Assembly (NCBI GenBank): GCA_050253415.1
Contig: JBFWJC010000004.1
Span: 96,001-160,000, forward strand
Length of the DNA: 64,000 nucleotides
Reading direction: 5' to 3'
DNA from: Pedobacter sp.
Lineage (GTDB): Bacteria > Desulfobacterota > Desulfuromonadia > Desulfuromonadales > Syntrophotaleaceae
The translations under genes were made by a program, and so were the position numbers. Shown in pieces: positions 40,926 through 53,661 of this stretch (within the stretch, counting starts at the first letter, position 1; every line of letters begins with the position of its first letter). Under the pieces are notes generated by a model. That model was not told the origin of the DNA and did no database searches. It was given only the letters and a program-made list of their open reading frames with translations.

Positions 40926-41870
40926 TTAAAGACGCCGAATCGCCCTTAATACCGCACTGCGCGCCCGGGGATTCGCCTCTATTTCAGCTTCACCGGCCCG
41001 CAAACCCTTGCGGGTCAGCAGTTCCACCTCAGGGATTCGATTACAAACGCAGACCGGCAGCCCCGGCGGGCAGGTGCAAACCTGAATCTGGCTGCGAAAA
41101 AATTGTTTAACGATGCGATCTTCCAGGGAATGAAAACTGATCACAGCCATTCTTCCGCCAGGCTTGAGAAGCGCCATGGCACGCTGCAAACCTTCCCGCA
41201 GACTATCCAACTCGGCATTGACATGAATACGCAAAGCCTGAAAAACACGCGTCGCCGGGTGAATACGTGAAGGGACCCGCCCCTTGGGCACGGTATCACG
41301 TACCAACTCGGCCAAATCCCGGGTCGTCAACAACGGCGTTTCAGCCCGCACCTGGTCGATACGCCGTGCAATACGGCGAGCATACCGTTCTTCACCGTAT
41401 TCCCGAAAAATTCGTGTCAAATCATCGATGGACATGGAGTTGACGACATCCGCCGCAGTCATACCGGTCGATGTGTCCATGCGCATATCGAGAGGCGCGT
41501 CGGATTGAAATGAGAACCCCCGCCGGGCCGTATCGAGCTGAAAAGACGACACGCCGAGATCGAGCAGAATGCCGTCCACGGCAGGAATGCCCAGATCGCT
41601 CAGAATGCGGTCGGCATCGGCAAAATTTCCATGACGCAACACAGCCCGATCGCCAAAGGGAGCAAGTCTGCGAGCAGCGGCCTCAAGAGCTTCACGGTCG
41701 CGATCGAGACCGATCAGTACGCCGTCCGGGGCGGTTTTTTCGAGAATCAGATAGGCATGGCCTGCCCCCCCGACCGTACCATCGAGAAAGACCTCCCCCG
41801 ATTGCGGATGCAAGCACTCCAGGACCTCCCCGGGCATCACTGAATAGTGCTGAAATATTTCTTCCGCCAT
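40926..41870 (-). CDS. rsmH: 16S rRNA m4C1402 methyltransferase
   Basis: DGTVGGAGH, DLGVSSFQLD, RGFSF, LDMRMD, ISFHSLEDRIVK, NPRARSA. Confidence 0.96.
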   Translation of the reverse strand: MAEEIFQHYSVMPGEVLECLHPQSGEVFLDGTVGGAGHAYLILEKTAPDGVLIGLDRDREALEAAARRLAPFGDRAVLRHGNFADADRILSDLGIPAVDGILLDLGVSSFQLDTARRGFSFQSDAPLDMRMDTSTGMTAADVVNSMSIDDLTRIFREYGEERYARRIARRIDQVRAETPLLTTRDLAELVRDTVPKGRVPSRIHPATRVFQALRIHVNAELDSLREGLQRAMALLKPGGRMAVISFHSLEDRIVKQFFRSQIQVCTCPPGLPVCVCNRIPEVELLTRKGLRAGEAEIEANPRARSAVLRAIRRL

Positions 41871-41873
41871 GGC

Positions 41874-42326
41874 CTAAAATCCTAAGTTGTAAAGAGCCTG
41901 CGACTCGGTCTTGAGTAAATTCTCCGCTTGCTTACGCATCTCAGCGTGCATGGCTCGATTCCAGATCATGATCTTATTGATGGAACCAACCACCACGATT
42001 TCGCGAATTTCCGACTCCAATCCCGCATAGCAACGCTGTGCTTTGGTCAACTGAATGCGTCCCTGTTTGTCAAACGGGCATTCGATCGCCGGTGAGATAA
42101 GGGCCAGATTGATGGCGTCTTTCAAAGGACTGGCCTCCATCGCATTGACTTTTTCCAGAACCTTTTCCCACTCCTGGAAGGGATACGCCGCCAGCCCGCC
42201 ATCGTTCTGGGTGACAATAAGACGCTCATCGGAAAAAACAGAGCTCAGCACATCCCGAAACTTGGCCGGAATGCTCGCCCTCCCTTTCGCATCGATCGCG
42301 TTATTGAACTCACCCTGAAATAACAT
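41874..42326 (-). CDS. mraZ: Transcriptional regulator MraZ
   Basis: Two DxxGR motifs (IDAKGR, FDKQGRI); first gene of the dcw cluster. Confidence 0.94.
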   Translation of the reverse strand: MLFQGEFNNAIDAKGRASIPAKFRDVLSSVFSDERLIVTQNDGGLAAYPFQEWEKVLEKVNAMEASPLKDAINLALISPAIECPFDKQGRIQLTKAQRCYAGLESEIREIVVVGSINKIMIWNRAMHAEMRKQAENLLKTESQALYNLGF

Positions 42327-42372
42327 TAGACGCCCCAGGTCCAAATTGACACGTTTTTACACTTTGTGGGCA

Positions 42373-42401
42373 ACTATAACGACAGCCCCCCACCTTGTCA
42401 A
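42373..42401 (-). promoter_or_regulatory. sigma70 promoter of the mraZ/dcw operon
   Basis: Minus strand TTGACA-17 nt-TATAGT. Confidence 0.75.
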
Positions 42402-42445
42402 GGCGTTTATTCTAATTTTTTAAGGGTTTAGGTCGTTCCCACGGC

Positions 42446-42476
42446 AAAAAAAAATCCCCTCGAAAGGGGATTTTTT
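42446..42476 (-). terminator. Intrinsic terminator after the HlyC/CorC gene
   Basis: AAAAATCCCCT-CGAA-AGGGGATTTTT with A9 flank (U tail on the minus strand). Confidence 0.8.
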
Positions 42477-42510
42477 CAATGCCTGGAAAACCGGACAGGA
42501 ATCGAGAATA

Positions 42511-43755
42511 TTAGAGGTCTGGAGGCAGAAGCAGTTCGATTTCTTCAATGCGATGATCGATGACTTTGCGCACGATAAAGCGGTATCCATCGACGGTGCA
42601 ACTATCCCCGGTGTGCGGTATATCGCCTAAAACGCCAAGCAGGAAACCGGCCAGAGTGGAGGCATGTTCCTCGGACAATTCCAGGCCGAAGCTCTGATTG
42701 ACAATGCGCAGGGGAATACTGCCATCCAGAAGAAAGCGTCCTCCCCCCAACTCGCTGACTATCGCCTCGTCGATGTCGTATTCATCCCTGATTTCACCAA
42801 CAATTTCTTCGACGACATCTTCCAGGGTTACAATGCCCTCAACCCCACCATATTCATCCACGACCACCGCCATGTGCATCTGACTACGCTGAAAAGCTTT
42901 CAGCAAGGTATTAATGCGCTTCGATTCGGGAACAAAATATGGTTTACGCGCCAATTTTCGCAGAGAAAACTCTCCGGGAATATGTGCATAACGCAAGATA
43001 TCCTTGGAGTGAATAATGCCGATAATATTGTCGACGGATCCCTCATAAACCGGGAACCGCGAATGACAGGAATCCTGCACAGCCGTCAGAACTTCGGAAA
43101 AGGAAGAGACAGCATCAAGAACCACCACTTCAGTGCGTGGAATCATGACATCACGGACACTGATCTGAGAAAGGTCGAAGACCCCATCCAGCATGCGTCG
43201 TTTGTCTTTGCCAAACAAGCCGCTTTGCTCGCCAACGGAAATCAGCGTGCGGATCTCATCTTCGGAAATCGTCGGTCGCGGCTCGCTTTTGACCAGCAGG
43301 GTCAGTAGCCGGGAGAAACTTGTCACCAGCCAGACCACAGGCCGCAACAGAATCATAATCAGCGTTATCGGTCGTAAAACCCAGAAAGACACCCGTTCCG
43401 GATTGCGAGCAGCAAAGGTTTTTGGGCAGACTTCGGACACAATCAGTAGCACCGGCGTGAGAATGACGATCGTGAGAAGCTCTCCACGGGCACCGAACAG
43501 CTGAACAAAAAAGGTGGTGGCAAACACCGAAGCGGCGATATTGACCAGATTGTTGCCAACCAGGATGGCGCCCAGCAGGTTATCAGGTTGACTAAGAACC
43601 CGCTCAAGTTGCTGGGCACCGCGTCTCTTTTTATGCACCAGATATTTGACCCGCAAAGAATCAAGCGATAGAAGGGCCGTTTCCGAACCAGAAAAAAAAG
43701 CCGACATGAGCAACAGCACAACCAGACCGGCTACATATAAAATTGAATCTTGCAT
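42511..43755 (-). CDS. HlyC/CorC (CNNM/DUF21-CBS-CorC) family membrane protein
   Basis: SAFFSGSETAL, ILVGNNLVN, EVCPK, VMIPR, HSRFPV, VVDEYGG..GIVTLEDVVEEIVGEI.DE. Confidence 0.92.
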   Translation of the reverse strand: MQDSILYVAGLVVLLLMSAFFSGSETALLSLDSLRVKYLVHKKRRGAQQLERVLSQPDNLLGAILVGNNLVNIAASVFATTFFVQLFGARGELLTIVILTPVLLIVSEVCPKTFAARNPERVSFWVLRPITLIMILLRPVVWLVTSFSRLLTLLVKSEPRPTISEDEIRTLISVGEQSGLFGKDKRRMLDGVFDLSQISVRDVMIPRTEVVVLDAVSSFSEVLTAVQDSCHSRFPVYEGSVDNIIGIIHSKDILRYAHIPGEFSLRKLARKPYFVPESKRINTLLKAFQRSQMHMAVVVDEYGGVEGIVTLEDVVEEIVGEIRDEYDIDEAIVSELGGGRFLLDGSIPLRIVNQSFGLELSEEHASTLAGFLLGVLGDIPHTGDSCTVDGYRFIVRKVIDHRIEEIELLLPPDL

Positions 43756-43907
43756 CAACAACCTTCCGTTAACATAAATAAGTTTTCCTGAAAAGCAATG
43801 TGGATTTTACCCCAGGACCCCAAGGATTACAATCGTCACGCTCACACCACAGGACTGCCTTGCAAAAGATATTTACCGCGGACAAACCGGGTTAACACCT
43901 CGCAAGT

Positions 43908-43936
43908 TTGAAATACGCTCCTCCCTGTGCTATAAG
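43908..43936 (+). promoter_or_regulatory. Putative sigma70 promoter for ligA
   Basis: TTGAAA-17 nt-TATAAG with TG extended -10. Confidence 0.55.
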
Positions 43937-43960
43937 GCGCACAGCACCAAGTAAGTCTAG

Positions 43961-46275
<2,315 letters not shown>

Positions 46276-46314
46276 CGCTGGCACCTGCTACTTTTTAGTG
46301 GTACAGGAATCTTA

Positions 46315-46437
46315 ATTCACCACAAAGGTCACGAAGGCCACGAAGAAAAACCAAGACAAAGAATTTATTGTTATCAATAACATAGAGCTTTGTTTAAAAA
46401 GTATTTCTTCGTGCTCTCTGCGTCCTTCGTGGTGAAT
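46315..46437. repeat. Inverted-repeat element with 9-nt-period tandem arms, copy 2
   Basis: ATTCAC + CACAAAG/CACGAAG/CACGAAG (46321/46330/46339); 61-nt AT-rich core; CTTCGTG/CTCTGCG/CTTCGTG (46407/46416/46425) + GTGAAT. Confidence 0.85.
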
Positions 46438-46509
46438 AAAAAACGATCCGGCACCTACCCATAAATGCCACGCGACCGAAACCGAAGACGTCTGACACCA
46501 GGGTAGCCT

Positions 46510-47367
46510 TCAGCCGTTATCCTCATCGCGCATTTTTAGACTTTCTTTATAAACGTCGCTGCCTGACAGGCCAAATTGCCGGGCCACTTCCTTGACGATC
46601 TCCCGCATGGGCAGATCGGTTTCGCTGCGCCAGCGTTGCAGGGCTTCGCGCACCGTTTCCTGCTGCGGTTGCTCGGGTGCCGGCCCCAACAGAAGCACAA
46701 TCTCGCCACGCACACGGTCCTGTTCGAAATGAGTAAGCGCCTGACCTGCCGTTCCGCGAAACACTTCCTCATGCAACTTGGTCAATTCCCGCACCACAGC
46801 CACCTCCCGGTCCTCCCCGAGTTCATCGATCAGGTCCGCCAGACTGGCAACCAACCGGTGAGGTGCTTCATAGAACACAAGGGTACGTTTTTCCTCCCCC
46901 AGGGCTTTGAAAATTTTGCGGCGTGCGGAACTTTTAGGGGGCAGAAACCCCTCAAAGGCAAAACGCTCCGTCGGCAGCCCAGCCACACTGAGCGCTGCGA
47001 TCACCGCCGAAGCACCCGGCACTGCCGTGACTGGCAGATTCTGTTCGCGACAGACCCGCACCAATAAAAAACCGGGATCGGAGATAGCGGGGGTACCGGC
47101 ATCGGTAATCAGCGCCACCGACTTGCCCTGACGCAACAGTTCAAGGATACGCTCACCCTTAACAGCCTCATTATGGGCGAAATAGGACGTCAATGACGTG
47201 GTAATGCCGTAATGATTGAACAGTTTACGGCTATGACGCGTATCCTCGGCGGCCACCAGATCGACTTCCTTGAGCACCCGCAAGGCACGAAAAGTCATAT
47301 CCTCCAGGTTACCTATGGGAGTCGCCACCAGATACAGAGTACCGGGATTCACCGTTTCAACCTTCAC
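46510..47367 (-). CDS. rsmI: 16S rRNA Cm1402 2'-O-methyltransferase
   Basis: [54 protein letters not shown]; start uncertain. Confidence 0.94.
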   Translation of the reverse strand: MKVETVNPGTLYLVATPIGNLEDMTFRALRVLKEVDLVAAEDTRHSRKLFNHYGITTSLTSYFAHNEAVKGERILELLRQGKSVALITDAGTPAISDPGFLLVRVCREQNLPVTAVPGASAVIAALSVAGLPTERFAFEGFLPPKSSARRKIFKALGEEKRTLVFYEAPHRLVASLADLIDELGEDREVAVVRELTKLHEEVFRGTAGQALTHFEQDRVRGEIVLLLGPAPEQPQQETVREALQRWRSETDLPMREIVKEVARQFGLSGSDVYKESLKMRDEDNG

Positions 47368-49315
47368 CGGCGACTCCCTCAAGCTGCTTCAGATCATCCA
47401 TCCACAAGGCAGCGCTGGCGTCACTGGGCATGCGCCAGTCGCCACGTGGCGAAAGAACCACACTGCCGACCTTGGGCCCATCTGGCAGACAGGACCGCTT
47501 GAACTGCTGAGAGAAAAACCGCCGATAAAAAGTTTCCAGGCTGTCTAGCAGTTGTCGGGTGGTGAACGCCTCGCCAAACGCCTGACGGGCCAAAAAAAAG
47601 ATTTTGGACGGGCGGTATTGCAGGCGCACCACGTTGTAGAGGAAGAAATCATGCAGCAGATAGGGACCTATTTTATCCTCCGTACGCTGTTTGATCTCGC
47701 CATTTTCATGGGGCGGCAACAGCTCGGGGGATACGGGCGTATCACACACGTCATGCAGGATGGAGGAAATATTACCGAGAAATTCCGCATCCGCGCACCA
47801 GGCGACGAGGTAGCGCACCAGCGTTTTGGGAACACCGGTATTCACCGCATACATGGACATGTGATCGCCGTTATAGGTACACCAGCCCAGCGCCAGCTCC
47901 GAAAGATCCCCGGTGCCGATAAGCAACCCGCCAATCTGATTGGCAATATTCATCAGAATCTGTGTTCGTTCGCGAGCCTGGGAATTTTCATAGGTGATAT
48001 CGTGCACCGATTCGTCATGCCCGATATCGGAAAAATGCTGACGGACTGCGGCATCAATGGAAATCACACGCAGCCGGGTACCAAGAAGCTCCGCCAGTCG
48101 CTCGGCATTGCCGCGGGTGCGTTGTGTGGTGCCAAAGCCGGGCATGGTAATGGTTTCAATGCCTGAACGATCGTACCCCAGCTTGTCAAAGGCCTTCACC
48201 GTAACCAGCAATGCCAGGGTCGAATCGAGTCCTCCGGACACTCCGATTACCGCCCGCTTGACTCCGGTATGCAACAGGCGTTTAGCCAGACCGGTAGTCT
48301 GGATTTCAAATATTTCATGGCAGCGATGAGCCCGTTCATCTTCGGCTGGCGGTACAAAAGGCGTCGCCGCAACCGGTCGCAGCAAGCGGTCGGTCGTCAC
48401 ATCGGTCAAAGGAAAATCGATGATCCGGAAAGAGGCATCCGGACCGGAAAAGCCGTAACTGTTGTTTTTAAAGCGTTCGTTGACCAAGCGCTCGATATCG
48501 ACATCCGCAACAACCAATTGGCTGTCAAAGCGAAAACGCTCGGTTTCGGCAAGGATCGTTCCGTTTTCCGCTATAAGGGAATGACCGGAAAAAACCAGGT
48601 CAGTGCTGGACTCCCCCGGACCGGAAGAGGCATACAGGTAAGCCGCAAGGCAACGCGCCGACTGGTTCTGCACCAGGGCACGGCGGTATTCCATCTTACC
48701 AAGCAATTCGGGGCTGGCGGATAGATTCAATAACACCGTGGCACCAGCGACCGCCAACTTGCCACTGGGCGGATTAGCGACCCAGACATCCTCACAGATC
48801 TCAATACCAACCAGGCAGTCAGGTAAACCTTCCGCGCGAAACAGCAGATCACTACCAAAAGGGATGCGTTCGCCATCCCACAGCAATTCCGAATCGCTCA
48901 GATCGGCCGCTGAGGAAAACCAGCGTTCTTCGTAAAATTCCTGGGTATTGGGCAGAAACATTTTGGGAACAACCCCAAGTATGCGCCCGCCGGAAAGGAA
49001 TACCGCACAATTGAACAACCGGCCGCGATGCGCAATCGGTGCGCCGACAACCATGGTGACGCGTCTCTCGGCAGTGAATTCTGCCAGTTGCACAAGTGCC
49101 TTTCGCGCCTTTTCAACAAGCAGCGGCTGATAAAACAGATCTCCGCAGGTATACGCCGTCACACATAATTCGGGAAACAGGAAAAATCGGCAATCCGTTG
49201 ATTCCGTAACGACATTGCGGATCTGCTCACAATTGTAAACGACATCCGCCACTCGGGTAGACGGCGTGCACACGCCAAGCCTTAAAAACCCATGCGTTGC
49301 CATGCGAATTTCCAT
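47357..49315 (-). CDS. nadE: Glutamine-dependent NAD+ synthetase (nitrilase domain fused to synthetase)
   Basis: [20 protein letters not shown] (E-K-C triad); [36 protein letters not shown]. Confidence 0.94.
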   Translation of the reverse strand: MEIRMATHGFLRLGVCTPSTRVADVVYNCEQIRNVVTESTDCRFFLFPELCVTAYTCGDLFYQPLLVEKARKALVQLAEFTAERRVTMVVGAPIAHRGRLFNCAVFLSGGRILGVVPKMFLPNTQEFYEERWFSSAADLSDSELLWDGERIPFGSDLLFRAEGLPDCLVGIEICEDVWVANPPSGKLAVAGATVLLNLSASPELLGKMEYRRALVQNQSARCLAAYLYASSGPGESSTDLVFSGHSLIAENGTILAETERFRFDSQLVVADVDIERLVNERFKNNSYGFSGPDASFRIIDFPLTDVTTDRLLRPVAATPFVPPAEDERAHRCHEIFEIQTTGLAKRLLHTGVKRAVIGVSGGLDSTLALLVTVKAFDKLGYDRSGIETITMPGFGTTQRTRGNAERLAELLGTRLRVISIDAAVRQHFSDIGHDESVHDITYENSQARERTQILMNIANQIGGLLIGTGDLSELALGWCTYNGDHMSMYAVNTGVPKTLVRYLVAWCADAEFLGNISSILHDVCDTPVSPELLPPHENGEIKQRTEDKIGPYLLHDFFLYNVVRLQYRPSKIFFLARQAFGEAFTTRQLLDSLETFYRRFFSQQFKRSCLPDGPKVGSVVLSPRGDWRMPSDASAALWMDDLKQLEGVAGEG

Positions 49316-49443
49316 AATATTCCATCCTTTTCTACGCTTGGTAATTGAATTCCTGCACGCAGGTTCATGACCTCTGGCGCAAACATCAAGCCAGCGCATT
49401 GTAGCCATGCAGAATCCAAAATGCAAACAATGCGACAGTGCCT

Positions 49444-49815
49444 CTACCAACCGTCGATATCAAAAGCGCCAGGGAAATGCACGATATCGGCAAGATCGCC
49501 ATCACCGCGCACCGCGACAACATCAAAACGGGGTTGCAAGCGATCGAGTTTATGCTCGATCAGATACCACTGGGCAGCCCGCACAATTTGACGTTGTTTT
49601 GCAGCACCGACGGCCTCCTGGGGATGACCGTGGGAAATCCCACGGCGAGTCTTCACCTCGATAAACACTAGAGTGCGCCCATGTTGCGCCACGATATCGA
49701 TTTCCCCCACCGGAGAACGGACATTGCGACCCAATATTTTCATCCCGTTTTTTCGCAGATAACGGGTTGCGACATCCTCCCCCCAACTGCCAAGCTTCAA
49801 TCGTTCGCGCGTCAC
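49444..49815 (-). CDS. yraN: YraN (UPF0102) family endonuclease-like protein
   Basis: [29 protein letters not shown]. Confidence 0.9.
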   Translation of the reverse strand: MTRERLKLGSWGEDVATRYLRKNGMKILGRNVRSPVGEIDIVAQHGRTLVFIEVKTRRGISHGHPQEAVGAAKQRQIVRAAQWYLIEHKLDRLQPRFDVVAVRGDGDLADIVHFPGAFDIDGW

Positions 49816-50441
49816 AGATATTCACGCACACCGCGAAAGGTGCCTCGATGCAGAGGACAGGGCCCAAGACGCGCAATCGCCTCGCAATGCGCAGCGCTAC
49901 CGTAGCCTTTATGGCCCGCAAAACCGTATCCAGGAAACCGGCTATCGTAGGTTACCATCAAACGATCCCTGACCACCTTGGCCAACACCGAAGCCGCCGC
50001 TATCGACAGGGAGCGACTATCGCCCTGTTTAAGGGTTTTTTGTGCCAACGGTAGAGGCACGGGAGTAATCCCATCGACCAGCAGATAGTCGGCCGGGGTT
50101 TTCAGGCGAGCAATAGCACGTCGCATGGCAAGCAACGTCGCCTGCAGCACATTGAGTTCATCAACTTCATACGCATGCGCAAGGCCAATTCCATAATCCA
50201 ACGCCTGTTGAAGTATCTGAGGAAACAGCCGGTCACGAAGTTTGGCAGAGATTTTTTTTGAATCGTTCAGACCGGGCAGGTCAAACGTCTCCGGCAGGAT
50301 GACAGCAGAAGCAACGACCGGACCGGCCAAAGGACCTCGCCCGGCTTCATCAATTCCGGCAACACGCATATAACCCTGCCGGCGCAACTGCTGCTCAAAG
50401 TGTAATGGAGATAATTTTTCGGTAGGAAACAGCTCAAGCAT
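49812..50441 (-). CDS. rnhB: Ribonuclease HII
   Basis: GIDEAGRGPLAGPVV, LNDSKK, GDSRSLSIAAASVLAKV.RD, HKGYG. Confidence 0.96.
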   Translation of the reverse strand: MLELFPTEKLSPLHFEQQLRRQGYMRVAGIDEAGRGPLAGPVVASAVILPETFDLPGLNDSKKISAKLRDRLFPQILQQALDYGIGLAHAYEVDELNVLQATLLAMRRAIARLKTPADYLLVDGITPVPLPLAQKTLKQGDSRSLSIAAASVLAKVVRDRLMVTYDSRFPGYGFAGHKGYGSAAHCEAIARLGPCPLHRGTFRGVREYL

Positions 50442-50650
50442 GACGGTCCCCTATTTTATTAACAGGCAGGGCCGACCCACGGCTTGCATTCATCAAGGCG
50501 CAATTAAATAAAGAATAAAAAAACTGCGCCGCATGACAGACATCTGTCGCACTGCATGTCTGCCGCAATATCGCACGCCTGTGAAAATCACCCGTATCCA
50601 GTGTACTTAGTTCTGACGGATAACAAGAATACGGAAGGAATAAATACCGC

Positions 50651-50688
50651 AAAAAAACAAAAGCCCCGGCATAAAAACCGGGGCTTTG
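50651..50688 (-). terminator. Intrinsic terminator after rplS
   Basis: AAAGCCCCGG/CCGGGGCTTT stem with long T tail on the minus strand. Confidence 0.75.
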
Positions 50689-50704
50689 TCGAGATAGCAG
50701 TGGA

Positions 50705-51058
50705 TCAGATCCGGCGTTTTTCGCGGATACGAGCTGCCTTGCCCTGCAGGTTGCGCAGGTAGTACAGCTTGGCACGACGAACGCGGCCTACCATCAGAAC
50801 TTCGATGTTGTCGATGTTGGGGGAATGCAGCGGAAAGATACGCTCCACGCCCATGCCATTGGAGATTTTGCGCACAGTAAAGGTCGAGCCGAGACCGTTG
50901 TTATGGCGCTTGATGCATACACCCTGGAAAACCTGGATACGCTGTTTGTCACCTTCCACGATTTTCACGTGAACTTTGAGCGTATCGCCGGCTTTGAAGA
51001 TAGGGATATTTTTTTTGATCTGTTCCATTTCCAAACGATCGATAATATTCATTCTCAT
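50705..51058 (-). CDS. rplS: 50S ribosomal protein L19
   Basis: [46 protein letters not shown]. Confidence 0.98.
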   Translation of the reverse strand: MRMNIIDRLEMEQIKKNIPIFKAGDTLKVHVKIVEGDKQRIQVFQGVCIKRHNNGLGSTFTVRKISNGMGVERIFPLHSPNIDNIEVLMVGRVRRAKLYYLRNLQGKAARIREKRRI

Positions 51059-51099
51059 CCTCCTCTAGAGCGAGACTATTAAGTCAGTTATGTTGGATT

Positions 51100-51657
51100 T
51101 TAGGCCGATGAACCAAGCAACCGATCAAGAATGATCGCAGCGGCTGCACGCACCGGCAGATGGTTGTAGACACCTCGTCCCCGGATCGGCTCAAGTACCG
51201 TCCAGCCACGATCGAAAACTTCGGGGGCCAACCCCCATCCGGTACCGAACACCAGCAACAAAGGTACCTGTTCAAGCAAAAGGCGACATTCTCCGACACT
51301 CAAGCCATCGGTGCGGGATGCCCCGGTAAGTACTGGTTGGGCGCTCTCGCCGGCAAAGCTACGCCAATCGGCAACAGCCTCGTCCAACGAGGATACAATC
51401 CGGATAAGGGACAGCGCCTCTCCCCGATGCCGGTTATAGCCGGCGCCATGGCCATCAAGCCAGTGTCCCAGAATGCGCTCCACCAGGACCTGCTGTTCAG
51501 CAACCGGGGTAACCACATAAAACCGATCCACGCCATAGGTTCGCGCAGTTCGGGCAATATCGTGCAGATCCAGATTGGTGACAGCGGTATTTACCACATC
51601 ACCGCGACGATCCACAATGGGATAGTGCACCAAGGCTACGGCTATCGGTGATTTCAT
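51100..51657 (-). CDS. SPOUT-class RNA methyltransferase (TrmD-associated)
   Basis: ALVHYP, TAVTNLDLHDIAR, FGTGWGL, YNHL.VRAAAAIILDRL. Confidence 0.85.
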   Translation of the reverse strand: MKSPIAVALVHYPIVDRRGDVVNTAVTNLDLHDIARTARTYGVDRFYVVTPVAEQQVLVERILGHWLDGHGAGYNRHRGEALSLIRIVSSLDEAVADWRSFAGESAQPVLTGASRTDGLSVGECRLLLEQVPLLLVFGTGWGLAPEVFDRGWTVLEPIRGRGVYNHLPVRAAAAIILDRLLGSSA

Positions 51658-52400
51658 CAGAGATGACCATCCGCCTGAGCATGCATCAAGTCGTCAAGCG
51701 TGCGACGGTCCTCATCGCTGAGACATGCATCCTTAAGAAGTTCGGGGCGTCTGACCAAGGTTCGCAACAGCTGCTGGCGTCTGCGCCATTTGGCAATGGC
51801 AGCGTGATTGCCCGACAACAACACATCAGGAACCTTCGAACCTTCAAAATCTGCAGGGCGTGTATACTGGGGATACTCCAGCAACCCATCGCTGTACGAA
51901 TCACCCAGCGCACTGTCGCGATTGCCAAGCACACCCGGAACAAGCCTGGCCACGGCGTCAATCATCGCCATGGCGGCCAACTCACCACCGGTCAAAACAA
52001 AATCGCCAAGTGAAAATTCGCTGTCCACCATGGTACGGATGCGTTCGTCGAATCCTTCATAACGACCACAGATAAAGATCAAGCTCTCTTCGCCGGCGAG
52101 CTCTTGTGCATCTTCCTGCCGAAAGGGTTTCCCCTGCGGTGTCATCAGCAGAACCCGCGAATGCGGACGCCGTGCCTTAAGATCCCGCACAGCCCTTGCC
52201 ACGGGCTCTGGCTTAAGAACCATACCGTCGCCGCCGCCGTAAGGCACGTCATCGGTAATTTTATGTTTCCCTTCCGCCCAGTCACGCAAGTGATGGGCGG
52301 TAATGTTCACGAGCCCCCGCTCAACAGCCTTACCAAGTATGCTATCGGCAAAGGGCGAATCGAACATGCCGGGAAAAAGCGTCAAAACATCAAAGAACAT
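51657..52400 (-). CDS. trmD: tRNA (guanine37-N1)-methyltransferase
   Basis: [48 protein letters not shown]. Confidence 0.97.
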   Translation of the reverse strand: MFFDVLTLFPGMFDSPFADSILGKAVERGLVNITAHHLRDWAEGKHKITDDVPYGGGDGMVLKPEPVARAVRDLKARRPHSRVLLMTPQGKPFRQEDAQELAGEESLIFICGRYEGFDERIRTMVDSEFSLGDFVLTGGELAAMAMIDAVARLVPGVLGNRDSALGDSYSDGLLEYPQYTRPADFEGSKVPDVLLSGNHAAIAKWRRRQQLLRTLVRRPELLKDACLSDEDRRTLDDLMHAQADGHL

Positions 52401-52927
52401 CAGTCTTCCTGAACCAGGCCCTCGGGTAGATCGAACAACACACACCGTTTTTGCAGGTCGACTTCAACCAGGAAAACATCAACGGCAGGTACAAGAACCT
52501 CGCCATAGGATCCGACTACCACATAGATATCATGAGCCGCGGTAGTAAATATGTCGTCGATGCGACCTATCACTCCAAGACGTCGATCGGAAGCCGTCAA
52601 TCCCTTGAGCTGATGCCAGTAATATTCACCCGCGGGCAGAACAGGCACATCCTCGCGTTGAACAGCAACTTCGCAGCCAACCAAAGGCTGCGCGGAGTTG
52701 ACATCTTTAATACCTTCAAGATGCAAAACAACATTACCCTTGTGCCAATCCGCCTTGTCACACGCACAGACCCGCACCGTCTCGTCCCCCCGAAGGAAGA
52801 CCAGCTGGCGGATCTGAGTCAGCAAGCGTACATCCTTGTCATCCCCGCGGACTTTGAGATCACCTCGCAGCCCATGGGTTCCGATAACAACACCCAAGAT
52901 CAGCAATTCGTTTTGTTGCAGAGTCAT
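52400..52927 (-). CDS. rimM: Ribosome maturation factor RimM
   Basis: [35 protein letters not shown]. Confidence 0.93.
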   Translation of the reverse strand: MTLQQNELLILGVVIGTHGLRGDLKVRGDDKDVRLLTQIRQLVFLRGDETVRVCACDKADWHKGNVVLHLEGIKDVNSAQPLVGCEVAVQREDVPVLPAGEYYWHQLKGLTASDRRLGVIGRIDDIFTTAAHDIYVVVGSYGEVLVPAVDVFLVEVDLQKRCVLFDLPEGLVQED

Positions 52928-53160
52928 TACTCCATAATGTGCAGAGAAGCCCGCTTGGACTCCCGGGTCGCTTTGGCATTGAGCAGGGTGCGCATCGCCT
53001 TGGCAGTCCGCCCCTGTTTGCCGATAATACGCCCCATATCTTCGGGAGCCGCAGCAAGCTTCAGGAGGACGCTGCCGTCCTCCCCCAACTCTTCGGAAAC
53101 GGAAACCGCATCAGGATTTTCTACCAGGGATCTGGCAATGAATTCGATCAACTCCTTCAT
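52927..53160 (-). CDS. khpA: KH-domain RNA-binding protein
   Basis: MKELIEFIARSLVENPD, DMGRIIGKQGRTAKAMRTLL; between rpsP and rimM. Confidence 0.9.
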   Translation of the reverse strand: MKELIEFIARSLVENPDAVSVSEELGEDGSVLLKLAAAPEDMGRIIGKQGRTAKAMRTLLNAKATRESKRASLHIME

Positions 53161-53220
53161 AGTCACTGGTCCTTTGGAGAAAAGCGGCCCGTCTCGGTCA
53201 CCTGTTCGGGATCAGACTCG

Positions 53221-53481
53221 TCAGGCCTGCTTAAACTTGGCCCAAACGCCCTGACTACGGAGCAATCGACGAACCGTATCGGTAGGTTGAGCACCTTTGT
53301 TCAGCCATTCGAGCGTTTTATCTTCTTGCAAAGTGACCATCGACGGATTTTGCCGGGGATCATACTGTCCGAGTTTCTCAATGAAACGACCGTCGCGCGG
53401 GAAGCGTTCGTCAGCTACCACTACCTGGTAGAAAGGTTTTTTCTTGGCACCGCCGCGAGCGAGTCTGATTTTTACCGCCAT
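53221..53481 (-). CDS. rpsP: 30S ribosomal protein S16
   Basis: [38 protein letters not shown]. Confidence 0.98.
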   Translation of the reverse strand: MAVKIRLARGGAKKKPFYQVVVADERFPRDGRFIEKLGQYDPRQNPSMVTLQEDKTLEWLNKGAQPTDTVRRLLRSQGVWAKFKQA

Positions 53482-53572
53482 GTGTTATTCCTCCTGGGTG
53501 TTTCCAAAACGTTTGTTCAATGGTTTTGAAGATATTTTGGTATATTAGGTTCTTTGCTTTTTTATTGCCACT

Positions 53573-53597
53573 AAAAAGCGGGCCATTTACGGCCCGC
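53573..53597 (-). terminator. Intrinsic terminator after ffh
   Basis: GCGGGCC/GGCCCGC stem plus T5 on the minus strand. Confidence 0.6.
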
Positions 53598-53661
53598 GCG
53601 ACGCCACCTGAAAGAGGCTCGCTTATAGACAAAACCGGCAGAACCGACCGGCAAAACTTCC

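Noticed and set aside
53556..53570. GG-N10-GC sigma54-like site upstream of rpsP
   Set aside because: Lacks TT before the -12 GC; likely chance in an A-rich stretch.
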